Shown here in pieces: positions 1-9,115 of a stretch of DNA of 64,000 nt (within the stretch, counting starts at the first letter, position 1; the number at the start of each line of letters is the position of its first letter). The stretch is taken from positions 32,001 through 96,000 of the forward strand of contig CAWEZH010000002.1 in NCBI GenBank assembly GCA_963813535.1. The letters run 5' to 3'. Made by a program: the position numbers and the translations under genes. Origin of the DNA: an uncultured Chloroflexia bacterium (lineage in GTDB: Bacteria; Chloroflexota; Limnocylindria; Limnocylindrales; CSP1-4). The notes beneath the pieces were generated by a model. The model was given only the letters and a program-made list of their open reading frames with translations, searched no databases and had not been told where the DNA came from.

Positions 1-259
1 CCTGCATCCGTCGAGCTACGACTTCCGTTTCGTGCCGATCGCCGGCCAGACCTTCGCGGATAGCGGCACGGCGTCGTGCCACGGTGCGCCGTCCGGCGCG
101 GCGATCGCCAGGAGCCGCGCCGCCTCCGACCGGGAGCTTCGGACATGGGCGCGCGACGTCGTCCGGCAGGCGCGCAGCGGCCGACCCACCGACGTCGTCG
201 CGGGCGACCTTCGCGACGCGACATCGGGTGCGATCCTGCATCCGGCAATGAACCGATAG
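1..259 (+). CDS. 3' end of a metallophosphoesterase-domain protein (5' part outside window), paralog of the next gene
   Basis: Frame 2 from nt 2 reads LHPSSYDFRFVPIAGQTFADSGTASCHG, nearly identical to LHASSYDFQFIPIAGQSFTDSGTGSCHG at the end of the 416..2827 protein; TAG at 257-259. Confidence 0.85.
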   Translation, partial: LHPSSYDFRFVPIAGQTFADSGTASCHGAPSGAAIARSRAASDRELRTWARDVVRQARSGRPTDVVAGDLRDATSGAILHPAMNR

Positions 260-415
260 GCTGCTGACGGTCTAGGTGGCCGAACCGAGGCTCGGCCGAA
301 CCCCCCCACCGACCCACCCGCTCCGCACGGATTCACACCTCTCCGAGGTTTCGGGGTACCCTGCCCAGACACATCGGTGGTGGAGGGCGCCGCGGATGTC
401 ACAGGGGGTGGAGTC

Positions 416-2827
416 GTGACACGAGCGCGCGCAGGTATCTACATTGCCTTTGCGGCGGTCGCCGTGCTGTTGGCGAGCGTGCTGCCCACGACGACCAGCG
501 CCGCGACCACGATGACCTTCACCGCCGTCGCCGATGGTCAGGTCGCCCTCGCCAGCCCCGGCTCGACCTACGGGACGACGACCTCGATGCGAACGCGGGA
601 AGGCGCCGGGACGAGCTCCGATCCGACCTACCGGAGCTACCTGCGTTTCGACGTCAGCGGCGTGGCCGGCCAGACCATCCAGTCGGTCACCCTCCGTCTA
701 TTCGCGACCGACGCTAGCCCCAACGGCCAGGGTGTCCATCGGGTGCCGAACCCCAACTGGTCGGAGGCGACCCTCTCGGGTGGTACGGCCCCGGCGTTCG
801 ACGCGACAGCGCTTGCCACGGCCCCCGTGCCGCTCGCGGCCTACAACGACATCGCCCTGCCGACCTCGGCCATCGCGGGAGATGGACTCGTCTCGTTCGC
901 GGTCAAGTCGACGGGTAACAACAACGCGGCGTTCAATACGCGCGAAGCCACGGCCAATCGTCCGCAGCTCGTGATCGTGACGGCCGACTCGACCCCGACC
1001 GCCACGCCCACTGCCACGCCCACGCCCACCGCAACGCCAACGCCCACGGCGACACCGGAACCGACGCCGACGCCCGACCCAACCCCGACGCCCGACCCAA
1101 CCCCGACGCCGACCGCGACCGCGACGCCGACAGCGACGCCGACCGCCACACCGACCCCGCCCCCACCCTCCAGTGCCACGCTGAACCCAGTCGCCGACGC
1201 GCAGGTGAAGTCGGACTCCGCGACGACGAATTACGGGTCGCTCGGTTCGTTGCGGACGCGGGAGGAAACGGGCGGATCGACCTATCGGTCGTATCTGCGG
1301 TTCAACGTCCCGGCCATCACCGTCAATAGCCTGGTGCTGCGCCTGTACGTGACTGACGCGACGACCCAGGTCCAGGGCGTCTATGCGGTCAACGACACGA
1401 CGTGGTCAGAGACGGCCATCAACTACTCGAACGCGCCCGCGATCACCGGTTCCCCGATCGCGACGTCCACACCGGCGGCGCTCAACGCCTACGTCGATAT
1501 CACGCTCCCGACGAACGCTGTCGTCCCGGGCAACCTCGTGACGTTCGGTCTCAAGGGAACCGGTACCAACAGCCTCATCGTCAACAGCCGCGATGCGGCG
1601 ACGAACAGGCCGCAGCTCGTCATCAACGGTGGCGGGACACCGCCGCCGACCGCCCCGGTCGGCGCGTTCAGCGCCGCCCCGTCGAGTGGGACCGCTCCTC
1701 TGACCGTCACGTTCACCGACCAATCGACGAACAGCCCGACGGGCTGGGCGTGGAACTTCGGCGATCCGGGGTCGGGAGCCCAGAACACGTCGACCGTCCA
1801 GAACCCGACGCACACCTTCGCGTCGGCCGGCAACTACAGCGTGACGCTCACACCCAGCAACGCCGCGGGGCCAGGGACTCCGGTGACCCACACGATCAAC
1901 GTGACGCCGCCGGGCGGCGGCGGTGGGGGCAACGTCCTGGTGGGCGCGGGTGACATCGCGGACTGCACCCGGACCACCGACGAGTCCACGGCGCAGCTCC
2001 TGGACAACATCGCAGGCACCGTGTTCACCGCGGGCGACAATGCGTACGAGGACGGCAGCACGGCGGAGTACATGGCCTGCTACGACCCCACGTGGGGACG
2101 CCATAAGGCACGGACCAGGCCTGCTATCGGCAACCACGAGTATCAGACCCCGAACGCGACCGGATACTTCGGCTACTTCGGATCGGCCGCTGGTCAGCCG
2201 GGACAGGGCTACTACAGCTTCGACTTGTCCGGCTGGCACATCGTGGTGCTGAACACCAACTGCTCGTCACCCGGCGTCACCGGCGGCTGTGGCACCAACT
2301 CGCCCCAAAACCAGTGGCTGCTGAGCGACCTGGCTTCCCACAACGTCAGCTGCACGGCGGTGATCCTCCATCATCCGCGCTTCACTTCACTCCGGTCGAC
2401 GCCTGACGGCGTCGGTTCGTCGATGTGGACGACGATGTACAACGCGGGCGTCGACCTCGTGCTCGCGGGGCATCGCCATAACTACGAGCGGTTCGCGCCG
2501 CAGACGCCGGCGGGCGTCGCTGACGCGTCGTTCGGGATCCGCGAGATCGTCGTCGGCAACGGTGGAACTTCCCTCAACAACTTCGGGAGCAACGTCATGG
2601 CGAACAGCCAGGTCCGCAACGGGACCACGCACGGGGTGGTGAAGCTGACCCTGCACGCCAGCTCCTACGACTTCCAGTTCATCCCTATCGCCGGCCAGTC
2701 CTTCACCGACTCCGGGACCGGCTCCTGCCACGGCTCCCCGGGCGCCGGCGCCCAGGCGTCGTCTGCCAGCGGCGTGGCGGCGCAGCAGCGCCAGGCCGCT
2801 GTCGATGCCCAGGGTTCTGGACGGTAG
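416..2827 (+). CDS. Secreted multidomain protein: signal peptide, two DNRLRE/CBM96-like domains, Pro/Thr linker, PKD domain, C-terminal calcineurin-like metallophosphoesterase
   Basis: Hydrophobic N-terminus ending in SAA; two repeats of AD..V...YG...RSYLRF...N.R.A..NRPQLVI; PKD motif W.WNFGD..NPTHTF...G.Y.V.L; phosphoesterase motifs GD, GDNAY, GNHE, HH, GHRH. GTG at 416 follows GGAG (ORF track starts at 377). Confidence 0.85.
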   Translation: MTRARAGIYIAFAAVAVLLASVLPTTTSAATTMTFTAVADGQVALASPGSTYGTTTSMRTREGAGTSSDPTYRSYLRFDVSGVAGQTIQSVTLRLFATDASPNGQGVHRVPNPNWSEATLSGGTAPAFDATALATAPVPLAAYNDIALPTSAIAGDGLVSFAVKSTGNNNAAFNTREATANRPQLVIVTADSTPTATPTATPTPTATPTPTATPEPTPTPDPTPTPDPTPTPTATATPTATPTATPTPPPPSSATLNPVADAQVKSDSATTNYGSLGSLRTREETGGSTYRSYLRFNVPAITVNSLVLRLYVTDATTQVQGVYAVNDTTWSETAINYSNAPAITGSPIATSTPAALNAYVDITLPTNAVVPGNLVTFGLKGTGTNSLIVNSRDAATNRPQLVINGGGTPPPTAPVGAFSAAPSSGTAPLTVTFTDQSTNSPTGWAWNFGDPGSGAQNTSTVQNPTHTFASAGNYSVTLTPSNAAGPGTPVTHTINVTPPGGGGGGNVLVGAGDIADCTRTTDESTAQLLDNIAGTVFTAGDNAYEDGSTAEYMACYDPTWGRHKARTRPAIGNHEYQTPNATGYFGYFGSAAGQPGQGYYSFDLSGWHIVVLNTNCSSPGVTGGCGTNSPQNQWLLSDLASHNVSCTAVILHHPRFTSLRSTPDGVGSSMWTTMYNAGVDLVLAGHRHNYERFAPQTPAGVADASFGIREIVVGNGGTSLNNFGSNVMANSQVRNGTTHGVVKLTLHASSYDFQFIPIAGQSFTDSGTGSCHGSPGAGAQASSASGVAAQQRQAAVDAQGSGR
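990..1170 (+). repeat. Imperfect (Pro-Thr)n/TPTA coding repeat forming an interdomain linker
   Basis: TPTATPTATPTPTATPTPTATPEPTPTPDPTPTPDP... in the translation. Confidence 0.85.
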
Positions 2828-2908
2828 CGACATCGTGCGTCGCGGCGGACCCCGCACGGCACGCGACCGACCGGTCTAGCGAACCGGCCCACCCGTACCA
2901 TGGCGGTC

Positions 2909-3790
2909 ATGGACAAGGTCGCCTTCCTCGGGCTCGGCACGATGGGGGCCGCGATGGCGGCCAACCTTGCCCGTGCCGGTTTCCCGGTGACGGCCTGGAA
3001 CCGGACGCCAGGCCGTGCGCCCGAGCTCGCCGACCTCGGCGTCGAGATGGCGGCGACCCCAGCCGAGGCGGTGGCAAGCACCCCGATCGTCGTCATCTGC
3101 GTCTCGGATACGCCGGACGTCGAAGCCGTCCTGTTCGGCGAGGACGGCGTGGCCTCCGCGGCCGCGTCCGGCACGCTCATCATCGATTGCTCGACGATCG
3201 CTCCGTCCGGCAGTTGGGATTTCGCGGCGCGACTCCGGGAGCGCGGCCTGCGCATGGTCGATGCGCCGGTCTCCGGTGGGAGTGAAGGGGCCCGCAACGC
3301 CACCCTGACGATCTTCGTCGGCGGCGACGAGAAGGACGTGGAGCATGCTCGTCCCGTGCTCGATGCCCTGGGGCGCACGATCACGCATGTCGGCCCGATC
3401 GGTGCCGGTCAGGCGGTCAAAGCCGTTAACCAGGTCATCCTCGCCGGCGCCTATCTGGGCGTCGCCGAGGGTATCGTGCTGGCCATCAAGGCCGGTCTGG
3501 ACGTCGAGCAAGTAGTCGGGGCGCTCAGTGGTGGCGCCGCCCAGAGCTGGGTCCTCACCAACCGCAGCGCACGCATGATCGACAACGACTACCCGCTGGG
3601 GTTCAAGGTCGCGCTGCACCGCAAGGATCTCGGGATCGCGCTCGGTCTCGCGGAGCAGCTCGGTGCCGTGCTGCCGGTCAGCGCCCTCGCGGCCCAGCTC
3701 GAGAGCGGCCTCATCGCCAACGGCCACGCCGATGACGACATGTCCGCACTGGCACGCGCGATCCGCGGCCTGTCGGCCCTCGACGACTAA
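2909..3790 (+). CDS. NAD(P)-dependent beta-hydroxyacid dehydrogenase (3-hydroxyisobutyrate dehydrogenase/tartronate semialdehyde reductase family)
   Basis: GLGTMG Rossmann motif, DAPVSGG, catalytic K in GQAVKAVNQ, F...LHRKDL; ATG 2909 preferred because a TACCAT -10 lies 7 nt upstream. Confidence 0.88.
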   Translation: MDKVAFLGLGTMGAAMAANLARAGFPVTAWNRTPGRAPELADLGVEMAATPAEAVASTPIVVICVSDTPDVEAVLFGEDGVASAAASGTLIIDCSTIAPSGSWDFAARLRERGLRMVDAPVSGGSEGARNATLTIFVGGDEKDVEHARPVLDALGRTITHVGPIGAGQAVKAVNQVILAGAYLGVAEGIVLAIKAGLDVEQVVGALSGGAAQSWVLTNRSARMIDNDYPLGFKVALHRKDLGIALGLAEQLGAVLPVSALAAQLESGLIANGHADDDMSALARAIRGLSALDD

Positions 3791-3837
3791 GTCCCGGACG
3801 GCGAGCCGCTCATCGACGACCTCTCAGCGGCGGCCGG

Positions 3838-5023
3838 TCAGTCGAGGCCGACCAGCAGCATCGGATCGCCGAGCTTGCCGTCGTACCTCGGCCGGAACCG
3901 CTCCGCGTTGTACATGACGGGCACATCCACCCGACGCGGCCCGAGCGCCGGATCGGGCAGGCTGGCATGTGCGTATTTGCCGTCCTGGATCGCGACCATC
4001 CGACCGCTCACACCGTCCTCGATCAGGTCCATCGCGACGTTCGCGAACGTCGTCGCGACCATCGAATCGATCGAAATCGGGCTCGCCCGACCGGAGGTCG
4101 TAGGTCAGCTCGGAGGCGAGCGTCTCGATACCGGTCCGGGCGCGTAGCTCGTAGGCGAGCGCCTCGCCGACGTTCGCCTTGTGGCGATGTCCGAAGGCAT
4201 CGGCCTCGCCGATATCGCTCACCCTGGCGCCCCGCCAGATCGCTCCTTCGGCGGTGATGACGAACGCGTAGTGGCTCGGATTGGCGGCATGGTCGGCAGC
4301 CAGCAGACGCGCCAGCGCATCGAGGTCGTAGGGTGCCTCCGGGATCACGCAGCGCGCCGAGGTCACATACGCCGTGTACAGCGCCGAGAACCCGGCATCC
4401 CGACCGAAGATCCGGAACACCCCGATCCGTTCATGCGACCCGAGCGTAGTCCGCTGTCGGTTGATCGCCTCCTTGGCCCGGGTGATCGCCGTCGAGAAGC
4501 CGATGCAGTACTCGGTTCCCTGGACGTCGTTGTCCATCGTCTTCGGGATCGCGACGAGGGCGACGCCCGCGTCGGCCAGCACCTGCGAGTAGGAGAGGGT
4601 GTCGTCGCCACCGATCGTCACGAGGACATCGACCCCGAGTGAGCCGAGATGGTCGAGCACCAGCGGGGTCAGGTCGAACAGGTCGTCGCCGACCGCGTAG
4701 CGGGCCCGATCGTCCTCCGGCAGCCAGACTGGCAGCGCCTTGGCGCGCATCTTGCGCGGGTTGGTCCGCGAGGTATGGAGGATCGTGCCGCCGGTCCGCT
4801 CGATGGTGCGGGTGTTGATCCGATCGAGCGGCCGGATGTAGCCGCTCCCGCCGCCGCCCGGAAGCTCGGGCTGGACGTGGGTGAGTCCCTCCCAGCCGCG
4901 CCGGATCCCGGTGACGTCGTAGCCGGCCTCGGTGGCGCGGTAGACGACGCTCTTGATGACGGCGTTGAGCCCCGGTACGTCGCCACCGCCGGTGAGGACC
5001 GCGATGCGTTTGGGGGTCGACAT
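3838..5023 (-). CDS. pfkA: 6-phosphofructokinase, probably PPi-dependent; +1 frameshift at 4074-4076, true C-terminus in ORF 3838..4062
   Basis: TGGGD.PGLN, GGT.L.TSR, GGDDT and PKTMDND (Asp/Lys pattern of PPi-type enzymes); removing one A at 4074-4076 gives YDLRSGEPDSIDSMVATTFAN. Confidence 0.85.
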
Positions 5024-5120
5024 GCCGGACTGAATCCTAGCGTTTCGACGGAAGGCATCGGGGTTGCGGTTCGGTGGCCCCGAGCTGAGGGCCGACAGGC
5101 GTCTGCTAGCATCGGCCGCG

Positions 5121-5561
5121 ATGAACTACGAGCTGTTCATGGGCGAGGCTCTGGCCGAAGCGCGATTGGCCATGGAACGCGGCGAGCGACCGATCGCCGC
5201 GGTCGCGGTCGTCGACGAAGCGATGGTCGGCCGTGCCCATGACCGCGTCGAGGAGACGGACGATCCGACGGCCCACGCGGTCGTGGTCGCACTCCGCGAA
5301 GCCTCCCGTCGCCTGGGTCGGGGACGGCTGGCCGACGCCACGATCTTCGCGACGATGGAGCCGTGCGCCATGTGCGTCGGGGCGCTGCTGGAGAGCGATG
5401 TCGAGGCGCTCGTTTATGCGGTCCCAAACACGCGCAACGGTGCTGCCGGCACCGTGATCCAGCTTGCGCAGCATGCGTCGTTGCCGCGTCGGATCAAGAT
5501 CGTCAGTGGGATCCGGCGAGACGAGGCCGAGGCGATGCTCACGGCCAGTACGACCGTCTGA
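5121..5561 (+). CDS. tadA: TadA-like nucleoside deaminase-fold protein lacking the catalytic Glu (HAV instead of HAE)
   Basis: GE.P, DPTAHA, T.EPCAMC, GAAG motifs; sits in the canonical tadA-SRP RNA-dnaX locus. Confidence 0.8.
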   Translation: MNYELFMGEALAEARLAMERGERPIAAVAVVDEAMVGRAHDRVEETDDPTAHAVVVALREASRRLGRGRLADATIFATMEPCAMCVGALLESDVEALVYAVPNTRNGAAGTVIQLAQHASLPRRIKIVSGIRRDEAEAMLTASTTV

Positions 5562-5610
5562 CCGGGGGTCGTCCAAGGGTCGTCCGAGCCTCGTTTGGTA
5601 TCCTCCCGGC

Positions 5611-5696
<86 letters not shown>

Positions 5697-5750
5697 GCAC
5701 TCGTGACGCGGGACCGGTCGGCGCGTTTCCGACCGGTCTTGACGTGTCCG

Positions 5751-5838
5751 GGAGAGGTCGCCTAGTGGACTATGGCGCCGCACTGGAAATGCGGTTCGGG
5801 GCAACCCGTCGCGGGTTCGAATCCCGCCCTCTCCGCCA
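5751..5838 (+). tRNA. tRNA-Ser(GGA)
   Basis: GGAGAGG/CCTCTCC stem, CCGCA-CTGGAAA-TGCGG arm, long variable arm, CCA end. Confidence 0.95.
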
Positions 5839-5865
5839 CCCGCGTCGCGACCGGAGCGGCCGATG

Positions 5866-5939
5866 CCCGCGTTGGCGCCTGCGGTCCTCACTCACGCACC
5901 TGCAGGTGCGCTCGTTCCGGTCCTCGGACGCCGCCTTGG
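5866..5939 (-). repeat. 74-nt dispersed palindromic repeat, copy 1 (REP-like)
   Basis: Reverse complement CCAAGGCGG..CCGAG..CGAGCGCACCTgcAGGTGCGTGAG..AGGCG.CAACGCGGG matches 35559..35632. Confidence 0.8.
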
Positions 5940-6054
5940 CCTCGCCCGTCCTGCCGCGGCGCGGAGATCCGCGGGCTGTGGCACAGCAACCCACCGCGTG
6001 AACCGCCTCGCCTCGAACCGCGTGCGGTAACGCGGACCCCGTATCGTTTCGACG

Positions 6055-6789
6055 ATGACCGACATCGAGATCGTCCCGCTCGAGCTCGGGGAGTTCCGGT
6101 TCCCCGATCCGGAGCTGGCCGGTCGACGCGGCGTCGTCATGGGCTACGCCGTCCGGCATCCAGGCGGGATCTTCCTATTCGATACCGGCTTCGGGTTCGG
6201 CAATACGGAGCTCGACGAGACGTACCATCCCGTCCGGCGTCCGATCAACGAAGTGCTGTACGACGCGGGTATCGATCTCCGTGACGTGACGGCAGTCGCG
6301 AACTGCCACCTCCACGCCGACCACGCCGGCCAGAACGGCGCCTTCCGCGACCTGCCCGTGCAGATCCACGTCCAGACGGCCGAGTGGGAGCTGGCGCACA
6401 CGACCGATCACACGGTGCTCGAGTGGATCGATGCGCCGGGTCTGGACGCCTACCTCCTGGTCGATGGAGATCACGAGGTGACGCCCGCGATCCAGCTGAT
6501 CGCGACGCCAGGGCACACCAAGGGTCACCAGTCCGTCGCGGTGGGGACGCCCGGTGCCCCGGTCGTCGTCCTTGCCGGCCAGGCCTGCTACACCGCCGGT
6601 GAGTGGGAGGGCGATCCAGACGCGCTCGAGGGCCGCAGCGGCGCGCCAGACAGCGCCGCCTACGACGCCTCGATCGCGCATCTCCGCGGCCTCGACCCGG
6701 GGTTGGTCTACTTCGCACACGACCGCGCCGTGTGGACCGCCGGAGCCGGTGTCCGATCCGCGCCTGCTATCCTTCCGGGGCCGTGCTAG
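6055..6789 (+). CDS. Metallo-beta-lactamase-fold hydrolase (N-acyl-homoserine lactonase/AttM-like)
   Basis: LFDTG, HLHADHAG, TPGHTKGHQS, C-terminal AHD; the usual bridging Asp reads Gln (LAGQA). Confidence 0.8.
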   Translation: MTDIEIVPLELGEFRFPDPELAGRRGVVMGYAVRHPGGIFLFDTGFGFGNTELDETYHPVRRPINEVLYDAGIDLRDVTAVANCHLHADHAGQNGAFRDLPVQIHVQTAEWELAHTTDHTVLEWIDAPGLDAYLLVDGDHEVTPAIQLIATPGHTKGHQSVAVGTPGAPVVVLAGQACYTAGEWEGDPDALEGRSGAPDSAAYDASIAHLRGLDPGLVYFAHDRAVWTAGAGVRSAPAILPGPC

Positions 6790-7046
6790 GCGGGGAACTA
6801 GCGGTGCCCTGTAGCCTGCAATCCGCTCCAGCAGGGCCGAATCCCCTCTCGAGGTCTCCGTTCTCGGTCGCCGCCCGTCGGTGCGACGTTGAGGATCGGG
6901 TCCCGCGCAGCGGCGAACCGCGAACCGTGTCAGGTCCGGAAGGAAGCAGCACTAAGCGATCATCGCCGGGTGCCGCGGAACGGCCTGATCCGAGCCGCCC
7001 GACGTGGTGGGCCCGAGCGACGGTTGATCGACGGAGGGTGCACGGC
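6780..7046 (+). ncRNA. ffs: Signal recognition particle RNA, large Alu-domain (Bacillus-type) form
   Basis: GCCGTGC/GCACGGC terminal helix; Alu-like 5' GCTAGGCGGGGAACTAGCGGTGCCCTGT; helix 8 motif TCAGGTCCGGAAGGAAGCAGC; directly upstream of dnaX. Confidence 0.92.
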
Positions 7047-7081
7047 ATATCGATCCAGCCCGCCCTCGACCGGAGGAGGTC

Positions 7082-8731
7082 GTGACCACGACCGCACCGC
7101 ATCAGGCGCTGTACCGACGCTGGCGCGCCCAGACCTTCAGCCAGATCGTCGGCCAGGAGGCGGTCGTCGAGACGCTTCGGAACGCGGTCCGCACGGACCG
7201 CGTGTCGCACGCGATCCTGTTCGTCGGTCCGCGCGGGACGGGCAAGACGTCGCTGGCGCGGATCCTCGCCAAGGCCGTCAACTGCACGAACCTCCAGGAC
7301 GGCGACCCATGCGACGCCTGCGAGGCGTGCGTCGCGGTCCGCGAGGGCACGACCCTCGACGTCCTCGAGATCGACGCCGCCTCGAACCGCGGCATCAACG
7401 AGGTCCGCGATCTGCGCGAGCGTCTGGCCTATCCGCCAGGACACCTTCGCCGCAAGGTATACATCCTCGACGAGGCGCACCAGATCACCCGCGATGCCTG
7501 GAACGCGCTCCTGAAATCGCTGGAGGAGCCACCCGACTTCGTCCTCTTCATGTTCGCGTCGACGGAGCCGTCCGGCTTCCCGCCGGCGATCCTGTCGCGA
7601 CTGCAGCGCTACGACGTCCGACGACTGACGGTGCCCGAGATCGAGGGCAAGCTGACTCGCATCCTCGAGGCCGACGGTCGGACCATCGAGCCGGCCGGCC
7701 TGACGTTGATCGCGAGACTCGCCGCCGGCGGCATGCGCGACGCCGAGTCGATCCTCGACCAGCTGCTCTCGACCTCGACCGACACGGTGACCGAAGCTGC
7801 CGTTCGCGACCTGCTCGGCATGGCCGACGCGGCCGCGGTCGATGGGTTCGTGGAGGCGCTGCAGACCGGTGACGTCGCGGCAGGCATCGCCGTCCTCGAT
7901 GCGCTCGAGGACCGCGGCCGCGACCCACGCGCACTGCTCGATCAGGTCGTCGATGTCGTCCGCGCCCGACTCATCGACCCGACGACCGCCGATCCCGCCG
8001 CGCTCGTCGAGGTGGCCCGCCGCCTCGTGGCGATCGATCCGGACAGGGCCGGCATCGGCGGGCTTCGACTGCAGCTCGAGCTGGCGTTGTTCGCCGGTTC
8101 AGGCCGCGCGTCGCCTGCGGCCCAAGCCACGGTGTCCGCGCCGACGGCGACGTCTGGCACGGTGCCCGCCTCGGCGAACCGGACGCGAGGCGGACCGCCA
8201 GCTGTCCCGGCCAAGGTCCAGACCTACACGCAACCCGCGGTCGAGCCGCAGCACGCCGAGCCGACGGGACCGTCGGTGGCCACCGGCGAGGCTTCTTCGG
8301 AACCCGCGCAGCCCGCGGGACCTGCGGAACCCGCGGCTGCGAGCGTCGAGCCCGTGCCGGAGCGTGCCCCGGTCGCCGTGTCGATCGGCGTCGGCGACGA
8401 CCTCGACCGCCTCGTCTCTGACTGGTCGATCATCGTCGGGTCTGCCCGGCCGGCGACGCGCGCGGTCCTGAGCGAGTGCCGCCCGATCGCCGTCGATGGC
8501 AATGTCGTCACGCTCGGCTTCCCGGAGGCCAAGGCCTTCCTCAAGGACCACGCCGAGCGTCGTCGTACCGAGGTCGAGGCCGTCGTCGGAGGCCACCTCG
8601 GTCGTGAGGTGAGCGTCCGGTCGGTCGCCACCAACATCGAGGTCGCGCCCCTCGCGGTGGCCGACGACCTCGTGGCGGAAGCGCGGCGCATCTTCGGGGA
8701 AGACCTGGTCGACGTCGCCGAGGTCGACTGA
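7082..8731 (+). CDS. dnaX: DNA polymerase III subunit gamma/tau
   Basis: ALYRRWR, GPRGTGKTS, Cys zinc cluster, EIDAASNRG, DEAH, SR.Q; low-complexity linker before the C-terminal domain; SD GGAGGAGG. Confidence 0.95.
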   Translation: MTTTAPHQALYRRWRAQTFSQIVGQEAVVETLRNAVRTDRVSHAILFVGPRGTGKTSLARILAKAVNCTNLQDGDPCDACEACVAVREGTTLDVLEIDAASNRGINEVRDLRERLAYPPGHLRRKVYILDEAHQITRDAWNALLKSLEEPPDFVLFMFASTEPSGFPPAILSRLQRYDVRRLTVPEIEGKLTRILEADGRTIEPAGLTLIARLAAGGMRDAESILDQLLSTSTDTVTEAAVRDLLGMADAAAVDGFVEALQTGDVAAGIAVLDALEDRGRDPRALLDQVVDVVRARLIDPTTADPAALVEVARRLVAIDPDRAGIGGLRLQLELALFAGSGRASPAAQATVSAPTATSGTVPASANRTRGGPPAVPAKVQTYTQPAVEPQHAEPTGPSVATGEASSEPAQPAGPAEPAAASVEPVPERAPVAVSIGVGDDLDRLVSDWSIIVGSARPATRAVLSECRPIAVDGNVVTLGFPEAKAFLKDHAERRRTEVEAVVGGHLGREVSVRSVATNIEVAPLAVADDLVAEARRIFGEDLVDVAEVD

Positions 8732-8802
8732 CCCACAACGTTCATCGCGCCGGCCGAGCGCATCGGTCAGACTGGCGACACGACACAGGAGGACCACACA
8801 CG

Positions 8803-9108
8803 ATGGGGATGGGCAACCTGCAGCGCATGGCGCAGCAGATGCAGCAGGAGATGCTCCGCATCCAGACGGAGCTCGAGGCCACCACGGTCGACGGCACGGC
8901 TGGCGGCGGGGTGGTCGGCGCGACGGTCACCGGGAAGCAGGAGCTCGTCAGCATCACGATCGACCCGTCCGTCGTCGATCCCGGGGACGTCGACATGCTC
9001 CAGGACCTGGTCGTGGCGGCGGTCAACGACGCCCTGCGCGCGTCGCGCGAACTTGCCGAGCAGAAGATGGCGGCCGTGACCGGCGGCCTGCGCATCCCGG
9101 GCATGTGA
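8803..9108 (+). CDS. ybaB: YbaB/EbfC nucleoid-associated protein
   Basis: AQQMQ..., G.AGGG.V, D..MLQDLVVAAVNDA; lies between dnaX and recR. Confidence 0.93.
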   Translation: MGMGNLQRMAQQMQQEMLRIQTELEATTVDGTAGGGVVGATVTGKQELVSITIDPSVVDPGDVDMLQDLVVAAVNDALRASRELAEQKMAAVTGGLRIPGM

Positions 9109-9115
9109 CGGCCGG

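Noticed and set aside
7082-8731. dnaX programmed -1 frameshift (gamma/tau)
   Set aside because: No A-AAA-AAG heptamer or long A run seen in the gene.
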